Virus record (IMG/VR): IMGVR_UViG_3300036781_000420
Coordinates: 1 to 64,000 of that record
DNA: 64,000 bases
Origin: a virus
Reading direction: 5' to 3' (one strand)
Each line of letters begins with the position of its first letter. Position 1 is the stretch's first letter. Positions 61,511-64,000 of this stretch are shown one piece after another. The position numbers were made by a program, and so were the translations under genes. Under the pieces are notes generated by a model. The model was not told the origin of the DNA. It was given only the letters and a program-made list of their open reading frames with translations, and ran no database searches.

Positions 61511-61601
61511 CCGTCTTTTGCATCAAAAATAGGCGTGATACCGCTCGCGGCAAGAACTGAAACGCTAGTCGGTCGGCGGACGGGCATAAAGCGAGAGTTC
61601 G

Positions 61602-62498
61602 ATGCCGCCCGATATTCCCAACGATTTGCCGATCCCTGTTGCTGTCGCTGCCGCCGCTCCTCCCTCGTCAGTTCCTGCAACGGAGAACGCCGCTTCCCCT
61701 GTCCACGCCGACCAGGGTGAAGTTGCGGACAGTGCACCGCCGGCTGGTTCGATGCCTCAGCCGGCCGGCGGTGACGCCCCCTCTGCCGTAGAGGCTATTG
61801 CCCCGGCAGACGGCGAGCCCACCCTTCTCGAAAAGTTCGATGCCGCCAAAACGGCCGCCGATGACAAGCCGGGCGCCGATGCGCCGAAGCCGAGCGCAGA
61901 GGCCAAGCCCGTCGAGGAAGCCAAGCCGGAAGCAGCGGTCGAGCCCGTCGCGCTCGAACCGGTCGACTATCTCAAGGATGTCAAGCTTCCCGAAACGCTG
62001 ACGCTCGACGACACGCGCCGTGGCGAACTGACGGCGGCGCTCGACAGCTTCCGCACCGATCCGGGTGCTGGCACGCAAAAGCTCATCGACCTGCATAACA
62101 GCGCGATGACGACGTATGCCGATCACGTCGCCTCCGAACAGCGCCGGGTGTGGAACGACACCAACAAACAATGGGTCACCGATGTGATGGCCGATCCCGT
62201 CCTCGGCGGCGCCGGTTACCAAACCGCGATGGCGGCTGTAGCGCAGGTGCGCGACCTCGGCATGTCGTCGGCCAAGCCCGGCTCGCCGCAATACGAGGCG
62301 GACGCCCAGCAGTTCGAACAGTTCCTGCGCGCCACCGGCGCCGGCAACCACCCTGCCTTTCTGCGCCTGATGCACAATCTTTCCCGCTATACGACCGAAG
62401 GCGCCGCAATACGCGGCCAGACGCCGCCCAAGGATATCGCCTTGGCCGGCGGCAGCCGCCGCGAGCGGCTTTACCCCAACTCGAATACGCAGCGCTAG
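61602..62498 (+). CDS. scaffolding protein (probable)
   Basis: It lies between the portal block and the capsid gene. It has an A/P/E-rich disordered N-half and a helical C-half. Confidence 0.55.
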   Translation: MPPDIPNDLPIPVAVAAAAPPSSVPATENAASPVHADQGEVADSAPPAGSMPQPAGGDAPSAVEAIAPADGEPTLLEKFDAAKTAADDKPGADAPKPSAEAKPVEEAKPEAAVEPVALEPVDYLKDVKLPETLTLDDTRRGELTAALDSFRTDPGAGTQKLIDLHNSAMTTYADHVASEQRRVWNDTNKQWVTDVMADPVLGGAGYQTAMAAVAQVRDLGMSSAKPGSPQYEADAQQFEQFLRATGAGNHPAFLRLMHNLSRYTTEGAAIRGQTPPKDIALAGGSRRERLYPNSNTQR

Positions 62499-62535
62499 CG
62501 CGTCTGCTTGAACCTGAAGACGAAAGGAAAAGTAG

Positions 62536-63585
62536 ATGGCTACCGGAAGCTGGCCCACCATCATCGATGTCGCGTTGCGCACCGATCCTCAGGGCCGCAT
62601 GGGCGATATCGCCGAAATGCTGAGCCAGTCCAACGACTATGCGGAAGACATGCCGATGGTCGAGGCCAACGAGAAGACGGGCCACGAATTCATCTTCCGC
62701 ACGTCGATCCCGGCCGGTACGTGGCGCCAGTACAATATGGGCGTCCCTTACTCGAAGTCGACCACCGCGAAGGCGCGTGTTGGCATCGGCATGCTGGAAG
62801 ATTACAGCCAGGTCGACCGCGCGTTGGCCGAGCATTCCGGCGACATGATGGGCTTCCGCGAATCGGAGGACGTGGCCTTTCTCGAAGGCATGTCGCAGAC
62901 GATTGCGCAGACGACGTTCTACGGCAACACCGTGGCGACGCCTGCCGAATTCATGGGCCTTACGCCGTTTTATAACACCCTGAACGTCGCGAACGCGCAG
63001 AACGCCGCGAACGTGATGAGTGGCGGCGGCGCCGGCAACAACAATGCCTCGCTGTGGCTGGTCGGATGGGGCACCAAAAGCATCTACGGCATCTACCCGC
63101 ACGGCTCCAAAGCCGGCCTGTCGATGGAAGACAAGGGCGACGTGACGCCTGGTTTCGATAACGCTGGCAACCGCTTCGAGGCTTATACCTCGTGGTTCCG
63201 CCAGCAGATGGGCATTGTGCCGCAGGACTGGCGCTATGCAGTGCGCCTCGCCAACCTCGACACCACGACCGGCACGAACGGCCTCGCGAGCAACAACCCG
63301 CCCGACCTGTTCACGATGATGGCCTCGATGGTCATGCGCTTCCCGAAGTTCACGCCGCCGACTTCCGGCATCACCCGCACCGATGCGCCGCGCGACGACA
63401 TCACCGTGCGTGCCGTGTTCTACGCCAACCGTACGGTCCGGCAGTGGATGGACATTCAGGCGATGCGCGACCGCAATGTGCTGCTCACCCTCAACGATTA
63501 CGCGGGCAAGCCGATAACCACCTATCGCGGTATCCCGATCAAGATCGTCGATCAACTGCTCAATACTGAAACCCTCGTTTCGTAA
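62536..63585 (+). CDS. major capsid protein
   Basis: RBS is AAGGAAAAG. 349 aa, at the position after the scaffold gene. The sequence looks like an HK97-fold podoviral coat protein, but the family is not assigned. Confidence 0.75.
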   Translation: MATGSWPTIIDVALRTDPQGRMGDIAEMLSQSNDYAEDMPMVEANEKTGHEFIFRTSIPAGTWRQYNMGVPYSKSTTAKARVGIGMLEDYSQVDRALAEHSGDMMGFRESEDVAFLEGMSQTIAQTTFYGNTVATPAEFMGLTPFYNTLNVANAQNAANVMSGGGAGNNNASLWLVGWGTKSIYGIYPHGSKAGLSMEDKGDVTPGFDNAGNRFEAYTSWFRQQMGIVPQDWRYAVRLANLDTTTGTNGLASNNPPDLFTMMASMVMRFPKFTPPTSGITRTDAPRDDITVRAVFYANRTVRQWMDIQAMRDRNVLLTLNDYAGKPITTYRGIPIKIVDQLLNTETLVS

Positions 63586-63611
63586 CTAGCCGCTCGGACA
63601 GGAGAAAGAAC

Positions 63612-64000
63612 ATGCTCACCGACGCTCTGCTTAACTTCGTTCCGATCGGCGGCAACCTCTCCCTCGTGGCGGGTGCCGGCATCGCGATTCCTTCCACTGG
63701 GATCATCGACCTTCTCGGCCTCGGGGTAGGCGTTGCCCCCTCCGAGCGCATCATCGGCCTGCCGTCGAGCGGCCTGTTCGGCGAAGACGCCGGCATCGGC
63801 GCGGTCAAGCCGCAGGTGCAGGTCAACCTGCTCAGTTCCGTCGTTCCCACGGCGGGTACGGGCACGCCGACGCTCAATATCGCCTTCCAGGGGGCGCCCG
63901 ATACGGCCGGCACGCACTTGCCCGGCGCGTGGCAGACGCTGGTGGAAACCGGGCCGCTCACCGTGGCGCAGCTCGTTGCCGCAGCGAGCGCCACGCTCGG
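63612..64000 (+). CDS. hypothetical virion protein, 3' end cut by the window edge
   Basis: ATG 63612 follows GGAGAAAGAA. The frame is open to the window end (MLTDALLNFVPIGGNLSLVAGAGIAIP...). Confidence 0.55.
   Translation, partial: MLTDALLNFVPIGGNLSLVAGAGIAIPSTGIIDLLGLGVGVAPSERIIGLPSSGLFGEDAGIGAVKPQVQVNLLSSVVPTAGTGTPTLNIAFQGAPDTAGTHLPGAWQTLVETGPLTVAQLVAAASATL

Larger units (their letters stand above)
1..64000. mobile_element. Tailed-phage genome or prophage segment with a podovirus-type virion module (T7 gp8-like portal, gp11/gp12-like tail tube genes, large internal ejection proteins)
   Basis: Every recognisable gene is phage-like: terS/terL, portal, scaffold, capsid, fibres, tube A/B, SLT ejection protein, lambda-R-like endolysin, RecT, HNH, RHH regulators. 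No housekeeping genes, rRNA/tRNA, integrase or transposase were seen. Confidence 0.85.

Overview
The whole 64 kb window is high-GC (alphaproteobacterium-like) tailed-phage DNA, either a prophage or a circularly permuted phage genome. I saw no rRNA, tRNA, CRISPR array, transposase or integrase. The layout is as follows. (1) 1-16.2 kb: fibre-like and secreted-looking proteins, three tandem T7-gp11-like tail-tube-A paralogues and a 1337-aa gp12-like tube-B protein. (2) 16.2-26.4 kb: internal ejection proteins, including an 899-aa SLT transglycosylase protein and a 2175-aa polyvalent protein with PARP-like ART and HExxH motifs. (3) 26.4-29.4 kb: a lambda-R-like endolysin followed by a cassette rich in membrane proteins. 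(4) 29.5-35.3 kb, minus strand: early genes (IPT/TIG protein, ASCH-like, HNH, GcrA-N-like, RecT). (5) 35.3-41.3 kb: an RHH regulator, HNH, DUF1064-like nuclease, a ~550-nt structured non-coding gap, a DnaA-domain-IV-like protein and DUF3800. (6) 41.6-44.1 kb, minus strand: an operon with an 8-aa-repeat protein and two mini hydrophobic peptides. (7) 44.2-52.2 kb: small early genes, a CxxC-triplet protein, a deoxyribosyltransferase-like protein, an N6-adenine-type methyltransferase and a second DUF3800. (8) 52.2-55.3 kb: a lower-GC island with an HTH-M78 peptidase fusion. (9) 55.5-64 kb: terS, terL, portal, an OmpR-type wHTH, scaffold, capsid. The observations most worth a second look are: Sec signal peptides on six proteins inside the virion module; the polyvalent ejection protein; the structured non-coding gap at 36.9-37.5 kb; a perfect 47-nt in-frame repeat shared by the portal gene and an upstream membrane-protein gene; and the repeat-protein operon. 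All family names come from motif recognition by eye, and start codons were chosen by RBS or coupling context. None of this has been checked against a database.
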